From Neocallimastix sp. 'constans' (Eukaryota): a stretch of DNA of 64,000 bases. Within the stretch, counting starts at the first letter, position 1, and every line of letters begins with the position of its first letter. The notes below the pieces were generated by a model, which saw only the letters and a list, made by a program, of their open reading frames with translations, was not told where the DNA came from and made no database searches. Shown in pieces: positions 48,081 to 61,719 of this stretch. The position numbers were made by a program, and so were the translations under genes. The stretch lies in assembly GCA_050613775.1 (NCBI GenBank), contig JBODTK010000016.1:1426001-1490000 (forward strand), given 5' to 3'.

Positions 48081-50672
48081 TTTCTTTTATCATAAAATAT
48101 ATATATATATATATATATTGTTGATATTAATGATTCTTTATACTATAATTATATATTTTATCTTCTTTTTTTAAAAAAAAAAAAAAAAAAATAATGAATT
48201 GTTAAAATATTTTCCAATAACGACAGCACTAATATTTTTATTAGTTCATTTTTAATAAAAAAGATAAAATAATTCGAAATTTATCATATTTTAAATACTT
48301 TTTAATGATAAAAATTGTTGTAACTTGTTTCGATTTTTCTTAAATTATAAATATTGAACTTGAATATATATTCATATATTTATTAATCAATAAAAAAAAA
48401 TAAAAATAAAAAAAAAATAAAATAAAAGATTGTCCTTATTATAGTTTATATTTTAGTCAATTATATTATATATATCTCATCTTTTGTTCATAACTTTTTA
48501 ATAATATATATATATATTTTTTATTAGATAATATAATATATATATTATTTAAAAACTTTTTCATACATTTTTTTATTATATCAGGATGTTTATTGATACT
48601 TTTGTTATTTTATTGAAAATAAAAAAAAAGAAAAGTTATTATATTTTGTATGTTAATATCTTCTTTTTTGTAAAATAAATAAGAAAAGTTATATTTTGTT
48701 TGTTATATTAAAATAGATATTAATTATTTTATCCAAAACTACTTTTAAAAATTTATCATATTAAAAGTAGTATACAAATTTTCATTAATTTTTTTTTTTT
48801 AAAAATATTTTTATTAATTTTTATTCATAATAATAAAGAAAATTATAAAATAAAAAAAAAAAAATTATAAAAATAATAAATATAAAATAAAAAGTATATG
48901 AAATATGAAGAAAAAAAAAAATTAAAAAAAATTGGAAAATACATAAATTTTAAAATAAAAAAAATATATGATTTAAAATTAAATAATATGTATATAAAAA
49001 TAAATTAATATATCATTAATAAGAGGCTAAAAAGAAACAGAAAAAAATAAAAAATAGTTTTAAAACAAAAATATAAAAGAATGATTATAATTAATTTAAA
49101 AAAATTATAGTTCATTATTTTAATATTAATAAAAAATTATATAAATATATATTTATTTAACATTTAAATTTTTTTTTTTTTAGATTTAATATTAATAAGT
49201 AATAAAAAATTGTTTCTTCTTTTTGAAGAATGATTTGACATTATTTATTTAATTATTGAAACTTTAAAGCATAATTAAAAATCATAATATTATTAAATAA
49301 ATAATGTATGAGAAAAAGAAAAATTAATAATAATAATTTTTAATTTTAATAATTATAACATATAGCAAAATATTTTATAAAAATTAATAACAAATATATG
49401 TAAATAAATTAATAAAATTAAAAAAATACGAAATATACAATTATCTTTAATATACCTTCAACTTTGATTTTATTAAAAAATTTTTATTTAAAAATATAAA
49501 TTTTTATATAAGTTTATTCCTTTTTTTATTTCTTATTTTTTTTTTTTTTATTTTTTCCAAAATTTATATTACTTCTTGAATACTATCTAATATAAGATAG
49601 AACTAAATATTCATATATATTTTTATGAATTTTAATCACTACTTAGCATTTAAATATTATAATTTTAATTGTTCAATAAATTTAAATAAAATATTATTTT
49701 TCTAAAAAAAAAAAATAAAAAAAAAAAAAAAAAAAAAATTAACAAAATACTTCGAAACAATTAAAATATATTAATATATAAAAAAAAAGTTTTTTTTTTT
49801 TTTGTGGTGTATTTATAAATAATTTCAAAATAATAATTAAGTATATTTTCAACTTTCAACTTTAAAATTTAATAAAAAATATTATTAATAATTAAAATAT
49901 TAAAATATTTTTAATATAAAAATATTTATATTTCATCTTCAAATTTTATTTAATAAAGTTTTCTGTTATACTGAATTAAATTAATTAGAACTATAATTAA
50001 ACCCTAAAATCCATTTTTAGCTAATTCTAAATAATATATAACATGTAAATTATTTAAATATTTATACAAAATATATAAAATAAGCAATAAAAACAATAAA
50101 ATAAAATAAAATAAAATAAAATAAAATAAAATAAAATAAAAAATAGAATTAATCATTTTTATTTATAATATTATTTTTAGTTTATATTATATTTATAATA
50201 AATAAAAATCCTATATCTATAATTTTAATTTTAAAATATTAGAAATTTTTTTTAATCAATAAAAAATTCCCCAAAAAAATATAAATTTTTTAAAAAAAAA
50301 AAAAAATAATGAAATTATTGTCTACTAATATAGTTTGTTCTATAATATTTAAACGACAGTAAGATTAAGTACCGTCCTTTAAATACCCATTTTCTATTGT
50401 TGGCTTTATTTTTAATTCATTTTGTTGTCCTATATGATTAATTAATATATAAATTATAAAAACAAAGAGCTTTTTTTTTAAAAAAAAATTATTAGATATA
50501 AATTTCTTTATATATATATATATTTGATTAAAAGTTTAATATAAAAAACATCAATAAAAGTTAAGCAACAAATTAAAAATTAAAATAAAATATAATATAA
50601 AAAACTAATGACCGAAAGTTCAATAATTTTTTTTTTTTTTTTCATCTTCTTTTATTTAATAAAATTTTATAT

Positions 50673-50725
<53 letters not shown>

Positions 50726-50775
50726 ATATTTTTTCATTTTATTTCATTTTATAATGTATAAATATAATTTAATAT

Positions 50776-51017
50776 TGTGGAGCGATTCAAATATTTTATA
50801 CAATAAATTATTATAAAAATTTTTATTATATTAATATGTATTGTTGTATTGTAATGGTATAAGTCGATGAATTATATGAAATTTTTATATTTGCATTTTT
50901 TATTATTATTATTATTATTATTATTGAAGAAATAATTAATTAAAAAAAAAAAATAATATAATATAGCATCATAATTATTATGTACATATATCACATTTTT
51001 AATGTGACTCCTCAATA
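50776..51017 (+). repeat. 5' LTR of the copia element
   Basis: Starts TG and shares TATTATAAA..TTT.ATT.TATTAA.ATGTA...GTATAA.TC.ATGAAT and the end TTAATGTGACT.CTCA with the 3' LTR. Followed by GATTAAGAATCT, a possible decayed GGTTATGAGCCC-type PBS. Confidence 0.6.
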
Positions 51018-51094
51018 GATTAAGAATCTGATTCGATAAGAAACTAATCTTTATTTCATTATATTAAAATTCTTTTTTTACTAATATTTTAAGC

Positions 51095-51135
<41 letters not shown>

Positions 51136-51498
51136 TTTTTTTTCTTTCTATCATTAATGATTATTAATAAGTGTAAAATAAAAAAAAAAAAAAATTGCAA
51201 AAAAATCAATTGAAGAAAGTTCTACAATTCACCGACTCCAACAAATTTTAAGGACAATGAAACTAATTCCTTCATTAATCAAATCATGATTAATAATTAC
51301 AGCGACGATAATTCCTCTTCCGATAAAGATTCTTATTATATTACAAAAGATATTACTTTTAATAATAAATACTATGGTAATTCAACAAATATTTATCTTT
51401 GAGATAAAGAATTTCGAATTATTCAGAGGTAGTTTTCTTCTGATCCATTAAAAAAAAAAAAAGGTATTTAGTTATAAATGACTCTGAAAATTTTATTG

Positions 51499-51544
<46 letters not shown>

Positions 51545-51724
51545 TATGTATGTATATATTAATCATATGAATAGAGATCAGATTAAATCTAATAATTTAA
51601 CTCTAGTCAATTAGAATTAGTAGTATAAGCAAGTTAGACCAAATCTATTTATGTGAGTGTAAAACGGTCTTCTAGATGATACAATGATACAATGTTTAAG
51701 AAACCATTTTTTACTAAATTACAG

Positions 51725-51764
<40 letters not shown>

Positions 51765-52985
51765 ATTTCATTTACTTGAAAATAATAGTATTAATTTTAT
51801 CTATTCTACCCCTGAACGTTTAAACCAAATTCTAAATTATCGTGTTAAAAAAAAAAAAAAAAAAAAAAAACTTTTTATTAAATTCTGTAAAAACTTCCAT
51901 TAAATTTCTGAGATTTTGTTATTCTAATGCTGCTGTTCATTTATTTAATCCTAATCCTCACCAGAATATTGATAATAATAATTCCTAAAGATTTGTTTTT
52001 TTTTCTTTTTTTTTTATTTTTTTTAACAAGTCCGTTGATAACACCCATTTATAGATTTTTAGTTGTAAAACATTTTTCTATTAATAATCATATAAAAATA
52101 AAAATAATAGATTTTGATAATAATACTAAACCCAGTAATTTCCTTAAAACGCCAGTTTTTCCCTTAGATATAAAATTTTTTTGATATTTCTAACCAATTC
52201 TAGTATTACCATAAAGACCATCTATTTTATGGAAGGCATGCCTGGTACTATTAATACTTCTTTCTATTGTGATAAATATACCCATTCTATTATACATTTC
52301 AAGGATTTATTAATTGAAGGGAAAACCAATACTTATAGTAACAATAATTATAATAATAATAATAAATTGCATATTTAAAAAAAACCCTTTAAATAATAAT
52401 AATAATTATGATAATAATATTAATATTAATACTAATTTAAAAAAATAATAAATGAAATTTTTTACAATAATAATAGCAACTATTTAAATAATAATAATGA
52501 TAATAATAATTTTAAAAATAATTATGACAATAATTTTAATAAAACTACAATAATATCAATAATAATTTATAAAATAATAATAATTTAAATAAAAAAAAAT
52601 TAAAATATTAACAGAAAATAAATCAAATAAGAAAAGTTTACCTAATGAATTAAATTATTATTTCAGTCAGTGATGTAGATAATGAACCTCTAATTATTAG
52701 AAAAAGGAAATTAACGATATATAAAAAAAGATCATTTAGCGAAAATACAGGAACAAATAACGAAATTAATAAATTAATTATACTATTTATCAATTACAAA
52801 ATAAATGAATAAAATAATAAATAAATATAAGATTTCTAAGAAATCTGATGTATACAAAATAATTGGAATAAATATATACAAAAGGAAAGAAGAATATAAA
52901 AGTAATCAAGTTGATTACATTAACAAAAATTATTAAACAATATAATATGAATAAAATATGAAATTAATTAATTAAAATTCTCATA

Positions 52986-53018
<33 letters not shown>

Positions 53019-53157
53019 ACTAATTAAATTAAGAAATAGAAAATTCAAATCCTGATAACGTAAAATGAATATAAATCATTTCTTGGTGCGCTACTATATA
53101 TGACAGTAAAAAAAAAAATTAGACCAGACACCGTTTTTCGCCATAAACCAAACCTCG

Positions 53158-53197
<40 letters not shown>

Positions 53198-53290
53198 TTA
53201 ACCTTTATCTATCTACTGTAGAAGTAAAAGTAGAATTTGCTTTTTAGTCTGACTGACTGACTGAATATAATAGGTCAAATAAAAACTATG

Positions 53291-53330
<40 letters not shown>

Positions 53331-53525
53331 ATACAAAGAAATGTTCAATAAAGAAATACAAAAATCAAAATTAGGGTTGACTATAAAGCATGTAATGCAA
53401 TCGCTCACTTTAAAAAAGGGTCTTTATAAACATATTGATACTAGATCTAAATTTATTCAAGAAGAAATAGTTAATGATAATATTAAAATATACAAATAAA
53501 GAAAGCATGTTAGCTGATTCATTAA

Positions 53526-53563
<38 letters not shown>

Positions 53564-53759
53564 ATTACACAGGAATTAAAATAACTCAATGACACAATTC
53601 ACAGTTCATCATAATATAAAATGAATAAAAAAAATATATATATATATAAAAATAAAAAATTTTCTTTTTAAAGTTTTTTTTTTTTAAATTAAACTTAATT
53701 TTTAAAAGATTAATAAAAAAAAAAAAAAAAAAAACATTTAACACTTAATGTAAGAGGAA

Positions 53760-53968
53760 TGTTAAATAAAACAAATACTTATAAATTAAAGTATTATAAA
53801 TTTTATATTGTATTAACATGTAATGTAATTATAGTATAAATCAATGAATAATAAATGATATGTAATAAATTTGAGTCGTTCTTGTCTTTCTATTATGAAA
53901 TTAAAATATATATATATTGAATTAATAAAATAATATAACATTATATTTATTAATGTGACTTCTCACCA
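53760..53968 (+). repeat. 3' LTR of the copia element
   Basis: TG...CA boundaries, preceded by the PPT, ending TTAATGTGACTTCTCACCA. Confidence 0.7.
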
Positions 53969-54145
53969 AATATTATATAATAATATATTATAACTTAAAT
54001 ATTATACAAAAAAAAAAAAAATCTAATCAATGACCTAAAATACTTTAATTTTTAATATTATTATATAAATACATATATTTATATATTTTGGTTTGTTTGT
54101 TTAATTGTTTGTTTCTTTGTTCCTTTGTTTTATTCCTATAATTAA

Positions 54146-54227
54146 TTTAGGGATCTAAATGATTTCATACATGGCATAAAGCCAAAAGTTTAAAAAAAAA
54201 AAGATTCATAAATGACATAAAGCCAAA

Positions 54228-54267
<40 letters not shown>

Positions 54268-54659
54268 TCTCATCAGTGACCTAAAATACTTTAATTTTGA
54301 ATATCCTAATAATCCTAATATATATATATATATTATATTTTATTTTTATTTTATTTTTTTCTTTTATTATTATTATTATTATTCAAATATAAAATTTTTA
54401 TATTGTTTTTTTAGGGATCTTAATCCTCTTCATATATGGCATAAAGCCAAAAGTTTAAAAAAAAAAAAAAAGATTCATAAATGACATAAAGCCAAAAGTT
54501 TAAAAAAGAAGATTCATACATGACATAAAGCCAAAAGTTTAAAAAAAAAAAAAAAGATTCATAAATGACATAAAGCCAAAAGTTTAAAAAAGAAGATTCA
54601 TATATGGCATAAAGCCAAAAATTTAAAATAGAAGATTCATAAATGGCATAAAGCCAAAA

Positions 54660-54698
<39 letters not shown>

Positions 54699-54703
54699 AA
54701 ATA

Positions 54704-54756
<53 letters not shown>

Positions 54757-55103
54757 AAAAAAAAAAAGGAAAAAAAAATTAAAACTTTTATTAAATAATT
54801 AATTTCTAAACTTTTAGCTTTATGCCATATACGAATCTTCTTTTTTAAACTTTTAGCTTTATGCCATATATGAATCTTTTTTTTAAAACTTTTGGCTTTA
54901 TGCCATATATGAATCTTCTTTTTAAACTTTTGGCTTTATGCCATATATGAATCTTTTTTTTAAAACTTTTGGCTTTATGCCATATATGAATCTTTTTTTT
55001 TTTTTTTTAATCTTTTTTTTAATTTTAATTATTTTTATTTTTTTATCTTTTTTTTCAATTGATTTTTTTTTCAATTTCGATAATAAAAATTTAGGGACCT
55101 AAA
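54146..55103. repeat. Convergent inverted array of ~38-39 bp repeats (foldback/MITE-like)
   Basis: Eight plus-strand copies of GATTCATAHATGRCATAAAGCCAAAAGTTTAAAA (~54161-54665) and five reverse-complement copies (~54808-54992), separated by a poly-A-rich spacer and flanked by quasi-palindromic TTTAGGGAYCTAAA sites. Confidence 0.9.
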
Positions 55104-56866
55104 CAAAATATATTTAAATATATTAGAATAAAAAAGTATTAAAAAAAAAAAAAAATTTATAATATAATTTTAGTTTATTTTTATTTTATTTTATTCCATA
55201 CCTTCTAATTTTTTTTTTTTATATAATATTAAAATTATATAATATTAAAATGTAGCATGATCGATGACAAGATGTCATAAGATGTCATACTATTTAAATT
55301 TTTAATTCTTTTTTTTTTAAATTTTAAAAGAGTTTTATCCAACTTTAAAATAATATAAACTTTTTTTTTAAAAAAAAAAATTTTTTTTTTATTCTATTTC
55401 AAAAAGAAATATATATTTTTTTTATAATTTAATAAAATAAAAAAAAATAAAATAAAATAAAAAAATTATGACAATAAAATAATAAGATTTTTATAAGATA
55501 TAAAAAAAAATTAAGAAAAAAAAAATTATAATAAATGATATTTTATTTATTTAAGCTTATTTTATTTTTTTTATTTTTTTTTTTATTTTTTTTATTTTAT
55601 TTTATTTAAATTAAATATTTAATAATATAAACTTTAAAAAAAAAAAAAAAAGAATAAAGAATAAAAAAAAATAATAAAATTAACTATACAACACTTTTTT
55701 TTTTTTTTTTTTCTTTTTATTTATTTTTATTTTATTTAGTTTAATTTTATTTAATTTTATTTTATCTTAAGGGTGTATAGATTAATAAATTAAAAAAAAA
55801 AATAATAATAAAATAAAAAAAAATAAAAAATAAAAAATAAAAAGGACATGATATTAACCTAAAGTCAAATTAAAATAAACCTTTTTTTATTTTGTTTTAT
55901 TTTATAAATATTTTTTTTTTAAGTTATTCCCCACCTTTTCTATATCTATATATAAATTAAATAAAAAAAAAATGTTTTTTTTTTTGAAAATTTGATTTTT
56001 TTTTATTGTGATGTTATTAAAATTGTATTATATTATTAGTATATTATTTCTTTTTATTTGATTTAAGTACTTATAGAAAGTGTATTAAAAAAATGATTAT
56101 TGATGACTATTAATAAAAAAAAAAAAAAAAAAAAAAAATTTTTTTTAATAAAATTTTTTTACTTAGGCTTATGCCATACCATAAAAATAATATAAAATAA
56201 ATATATATATCAATAAATAAATAAATACTAGATACTATATATAAACATATATAATTTAATATTAATTTATTTTATGTCTGTTTATTTTTTTTTTTTTTTA
56301 GATTTATAATTATAATATGAAAAATATAAAAAATAAAAAAAAAAAAAAAAAAGATTATTTAAGTAAAAAAGAAAAAAAAAATTATTTTTTTTTTAAATTT
56401 TTAAATTTCATTGATTAGAAATTTTTTTTTTTTTTTTTTTACAGTAACTAAATTTATATACATATTATATTTTTTTATATATATTTATTATTATTATTAT
56501 TTTAAATGAAACAAAGTATTAATATTTATTCTTAAAAATAAAATAAAATAAAATAAAATAAAATAAAATAAAATAAAATATTAAAAACAATAATTAAGAA
56601 TACAAATGGCATTTTTAATCATTGAAATTTAAATTTTTTTTTAATAAATTTAATTAAATTTAAAATAAAAAATACATATAATATATATATATTTTTTTTT
56701 ACAATGAAATTTTTATGATGAAATTTCTAAACTTAAATTTTTAAAGCTATGATATTTACAACAAAAAGTTTTAACATTATATTGAATCTTATATATTATT
56801 AATTACTATTTGGAAATAATAAAATTGATTTACTTTAATTATTAATTATTAATTATTAATTATTAT

Positions 56867-56919
<53 letters not shown>

Positions 56920-57789
56920 TATTTTTTTATAAAAAAAATTTTTTTTTAATCATTTCATAGAAACTTTCATAACCTTAACAGGATTGATAACTTTTATGTA
57001 TAATTATATAAAAAAAAAAAAGCCTTATTTTGAACTATGATAATTAAATTAATTGTATATAAATAGATAATAGATATAAAACATTAAAAAAAAAAAACTG
57101 TTCTGAACTATGATAATTAAATTGATTAAAAAAAAATATATATATATATATTAAAATAAAAATTTTAATTATCATTAATAAAATAATAAAAAGATAATAA
57201 GAACAATAATAGAATATAAAATAATAATAATAGTAATAATAATAATAAAATTTAAAATAAATTTAAAATAATTAAACTAACTAATAAAAAAAAAGTTTAA
57301 AAAGTTATGTGATAGCATCTTTTTTTTTTTTATTACTATTTTTTTTTTCCTAATCGTTAATATCATAACAAGATTAATAACATAATTTTAATTTTATAAT
57401 AGAAATAATTTTAAAAATATGAATTAATAAAAAGTTTTTTTCATTAAAAAAAATATATATATAGATGATTTTTTTTTTTTTATATTAAATCAATTTTTAT
57501 TTAATTATGATTATGGTTATAAATATTATTTATTTTATTATTTATTCCATACTTATATAGGTATTTCTGATTAATTTCTTATAAAAGTATTTAATTTCTT
57601 AATAATTAATTCCAATTATTAAAGGTTAGGTTTATATACAAAATTTTTTTATAAGGGGAAAAGGGGATATATTAAAAATGAAAAAAGGTTAGATTTTTCG
57701 TTTATGGAAAGAAAAATATTTTTTGTGCAATGATTTTAAATGAAATAATTTATTAAATAATAATATTAGTATTGCATATATTATTCAAT

Positions 57790-58075
57790 TATTATTTATT
57801 ATTTATTATTTATTATTTATTATTTTATTATTTATTATTTATTATTTAGTATTTATTATTTATTATTTATTATTTATTATTTATTATTTATTATTTATTA
57901 TTTATTATTTATTATTTATTATTTATTATTTATTATTTATTATTTATTATTCTATTATTTATTATTTATTATTTATTATTTATTATTTATTATTTATTAT
58001 TAATTATTAATTATTTATTATTTATTATTTATTATTTATTATTTATTATTTATTATTATTTTTATTATTTATTAT
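57790..58075. repeat. (TTTATTA)n heptanucleotide microsatellite
   Basis: Direct reading; a similar tract lies at ~60295-60435. Confidence 0.85.
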
Positions 58076-58924
58076 GAGTATTATGAATATTATGAATAAA
58101 TGATTTCCAATAAAAAAAAATAAAATCTCATTGGATATAAAAATTTAAAAAAAAAAAAAATATTATGATTTTCAAACATTCTTCTTTATATTTACATTTA
58201 TTATTTTATTTTATTTTATTAGTAATTTTTTTATTTTAATTTTTAGAAAATTAATAACGCTTGTTACTCATAATTAATTAAATGTTCATATAATATGAAT
58301 ATTTAAATATGAAAGAATGAAAGAATAATAAATAATAATTATAAATTAATAATCAATAATTAACAAAATCATATGTAGTAGATGTTTTTTTTTTATTTTT
58401 TTTTTTTATTTTTTTTATTAAATATTATTATCTTAAAATATAAAACATTTATTATATTAAATTTTAAAAAAAAAATTAAAGGATCAAATAAAATTTATCC
58501 ATTTCACCATTGAATTTTTTTTTTTATCCATATATTATTATTTATTAATTATTAGTTATTTATTTTCCATTATTATTAATAATTAATAAATAGTTTAATT
58601 AATTGTAACTAAAAAGTTTTAAATCTTAACATGTGTATATATCTTTCTTCAATTAAAAAAAATAATAGTAATAATGATAATAATAATAATAATAAATCTA
58701 TGATAAATAGATAAGTCTATTATTGTTCCAATAATTTATTATTGTAAAATTTTAGGGTTGTTATTTTCATAAGGATTGATAATACTTTTGTGTCAGATAG
58801 TAATCTTAAAAAGAATGCTTTCATCAATATTTTAATAAAAAAAAAAAAATATTTATTAATAATTTTTTATTAATAATTGAAATCTCATTATTTTCATATG
58901 ACTCTAAACCTAGATAGCTTCAAA

Positions 58925-58964
<40 letters not shown>

Positions 58965-59650
58965 TAATAAAAATAAATGCAATGGATATGCAATTAATAA
59001 TTAATTAATAATAATAATAAATTAATAAAAAAAAAAAGGAATAATCATAATGATATTTTTTTTTATTATTTATAATAAAGCTAGATTATTTATTAATTAT
59101 GAAGTTTATATGTTATATATTGTTATTATTCATAATCCTAATTCTTTAGGACGTCTATTATTAATGAAAATAAAAATAATAAATAATATTTAAATTAATT
59201 TTTTATTTCTTATATAATATTTATTCAATTATTATTTATTATTTAATTATTAATTATTTATTATTTTATTTATTCAATTATTTATTATTTAATTATGTAT
59301 TATGTATTATTTATTAATTATTTATTATTTATTAATAAGTACTCTTATTATTATTTATTATTTATTAATAAGTACTCTTATTATTTATTATTTAGAATTA
59401 TTTTATTCTTTTTCCCTTATTTTCATATATATATATATTTTATATTAAATATATATTTTATATTAAATAGAATTGTTAAACTTTTTCGATAGATCCAAAA
59501 TAGAATTGATACATATAAAATTGTAATGTAATTAAAATGATACAAAAAATACAAAAAATACAAAAAATACAAAAAAAAAAAAAAAAAATCCATTTTCCTG
59601 TCATTTTTTTTACCAAATATAGTTAGATTGCCAAATGAAAAATTATCAAA

Positions 59651-59714
<64 letters not shown>

Positions 59715-61686
59715 AAATAAATAAATAAATAAATAATAAATAAATAAATAAATAAATAATAAATAAATAAATAAATAAATAATCAATAAATAAACCAGTT
59801 CAAAAAGGTTTTAGACTTTATCAAATATTATATAAATTTATTAGCTCTACTTTTAGTGAATCAAATCATATAATTTAATATAATTTAATATATACGACTT
59901 CAATAAAAATAAATCTATTTAATTTTCTGTTGAATAATTGAATTATTTCATTAATTTTTATTTATTTTATATATAATTTTAATTTATTTCTAATATTCAT
60001 TAATAGTTTATTATATATATAAAATTTTTTTTTTAATTTTTTAATAAATATATAAATAAATAATAAATAAATAAATTAAATGTTTTTTTTTATGTTATAT
60101 ATTTCAACATTTAATCTATAATGTTTTTATATATTTCTATATTTTGTATTTTTTTATTTTATTTTATTTTATAATAATTTATTTATTAATTTATTATTTA
60201 TTATTTAATTATTTAATTATTATTTAATTATTATTTATTATTTAATTATTTAATTATTATTTAATTATTAATTATTATTTATTTATTTATTTATTATTTA
60301 TTATTTATTTATTTATTATTTATTATTTATTATTTATTATTTATTATTTATTATTTATTATTTATTATTTATTTATTTATTATTTATTTATTTATTATTT
60401 ATTATTTATTATTTATTATTTATTATTTATTATTTATAGATTAATTAATTATATTTAAATAAAATTTACCCATTTGAAATTCGAAATGATATTTTAAGGT
60501 TTTAAAAAAAAAAGAAAAACAGAAATAAGATAAAATAAACAAAAGAATATTAATCTATCTATCTATATTAAATAATTGAATAATAGAAAATTTGATGTTT
60601 AAAAATATATATATATATATGTTTATATTTTAAATTATTATTACTAATAATATTGAAGTTTAAAAAAAAAAAGAAATATGAAAAGTTTTTTTTTATAATA
60701 ATTATTATAATTTACTGATTGTTTTTTTTTTTTTTTTTAATCTTAATTTTTTATTATGATTATTAATATGATTAATGATTAATTATTAATTATTATTAAT
60801 TATATATATATATATATATTTTTTTTTTTTTAAATTCTAATTCTATTTATATTTAAATTCTAATTGTAGTGATAGATGAAACAAAAAAAAAAAAAATAAA
60901 AGTTTTAATGAAATTAAAATTAATATTTATTTTTTCCCTTTTCAACTTTTTCTATTATTATTTTTTTTTATTTTATTTTTATTTTATAATTTTTATAATT
61001 TTTATATTTTTTTTAATGATTATATATAAAATAAAGTTTTTCATTATTCTTTTTTTAGAAGTGTAAATCTCTTTTCTGAACCTTTTTTTTTTAATATTAT
61101 TTTAATATTATTTTAATATTATTTTACTATTTATTTTTTGACATTTTGAAATAATATTAATATTTTATTATGTTTTAAACTCATAAAATTATTAATTTTT
61201 AAATTTATTTAATATTTAATAGTATCATTATATTATTATATTATTCTATATTCTATATTCTCTAATCCTATTTTATTATTTTTGTTATTTGAGAATTATT
61301 ATTATTTTTATAATTATTATTATTATTTTTATTAATTATTATTATTATTATTATTATTTGAGTATTATTATTTTTATTATTTGAGTATTATTATTTTTAT
61401 TAATTATTATTATTTTTATTAATTATTATTATTTTTATTAATTATTATTATTATAATTTGACTATTATTATTTTTTTTATAATTATTATTATTTTTATTT
61501 GACTATTATTATTTTTTTATAATTATTATTATTATTATTATTTTTATAGTTTAATATTTTTATTCTTATAATATTAATTAATTTAGATCTGAAACAAAAT
61601 TAAGATATTCATCTTTTTAATATAAATGAATTAATTTATCTATCACTATATGAAAAAAAAAGATTGTTACTCATTTATTTATTAAA

Positions 61687-61719
<33 letters not shown>

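Larger units (their letters stand above)
50776..53968 (+). mobile_element. Decayed, internally deleted Ty1/copia LTR retrotransposon
   Basis: Copia RT C-terminal remnant LGALLYMTVK..RPDTVFA (~53081-53142). RNase H remnants KIRVDYKACNAIA, KHIDTR, FIQEEI, ESMLADSLTK (~53366-53530). PPT AAGAGGAA directly before TG at 53760. Diverged LTR pair, and a 5-bp AATAT duplication at 50771-50775 and 53969-53973. Confidence 0.8.

Noticed and set aside
54172..54185. NF-I binding site (TGGC-N5-GCCAA) interpretation of the array core
   Set aside because: The match is real, but NF-I is known from animals and nothing here supports a fungal homologue. It is kept only as evidence of dyad symmetry.
54161..54992. 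CRISPR array
   Set aside because: The spacers are just A-runs with no unique sequence, the array inverts midway, there are no cas genes, and the context is eukaryotic.
49998..58760. Telomere-like TTAGGG/CCCTAA words (e.g. ~50002, 53371, 54147, 55091, 58752)
   Set aside because: These are isolated single hexamers, not tandem arrays; one lies in copia RNase H coding sequence.
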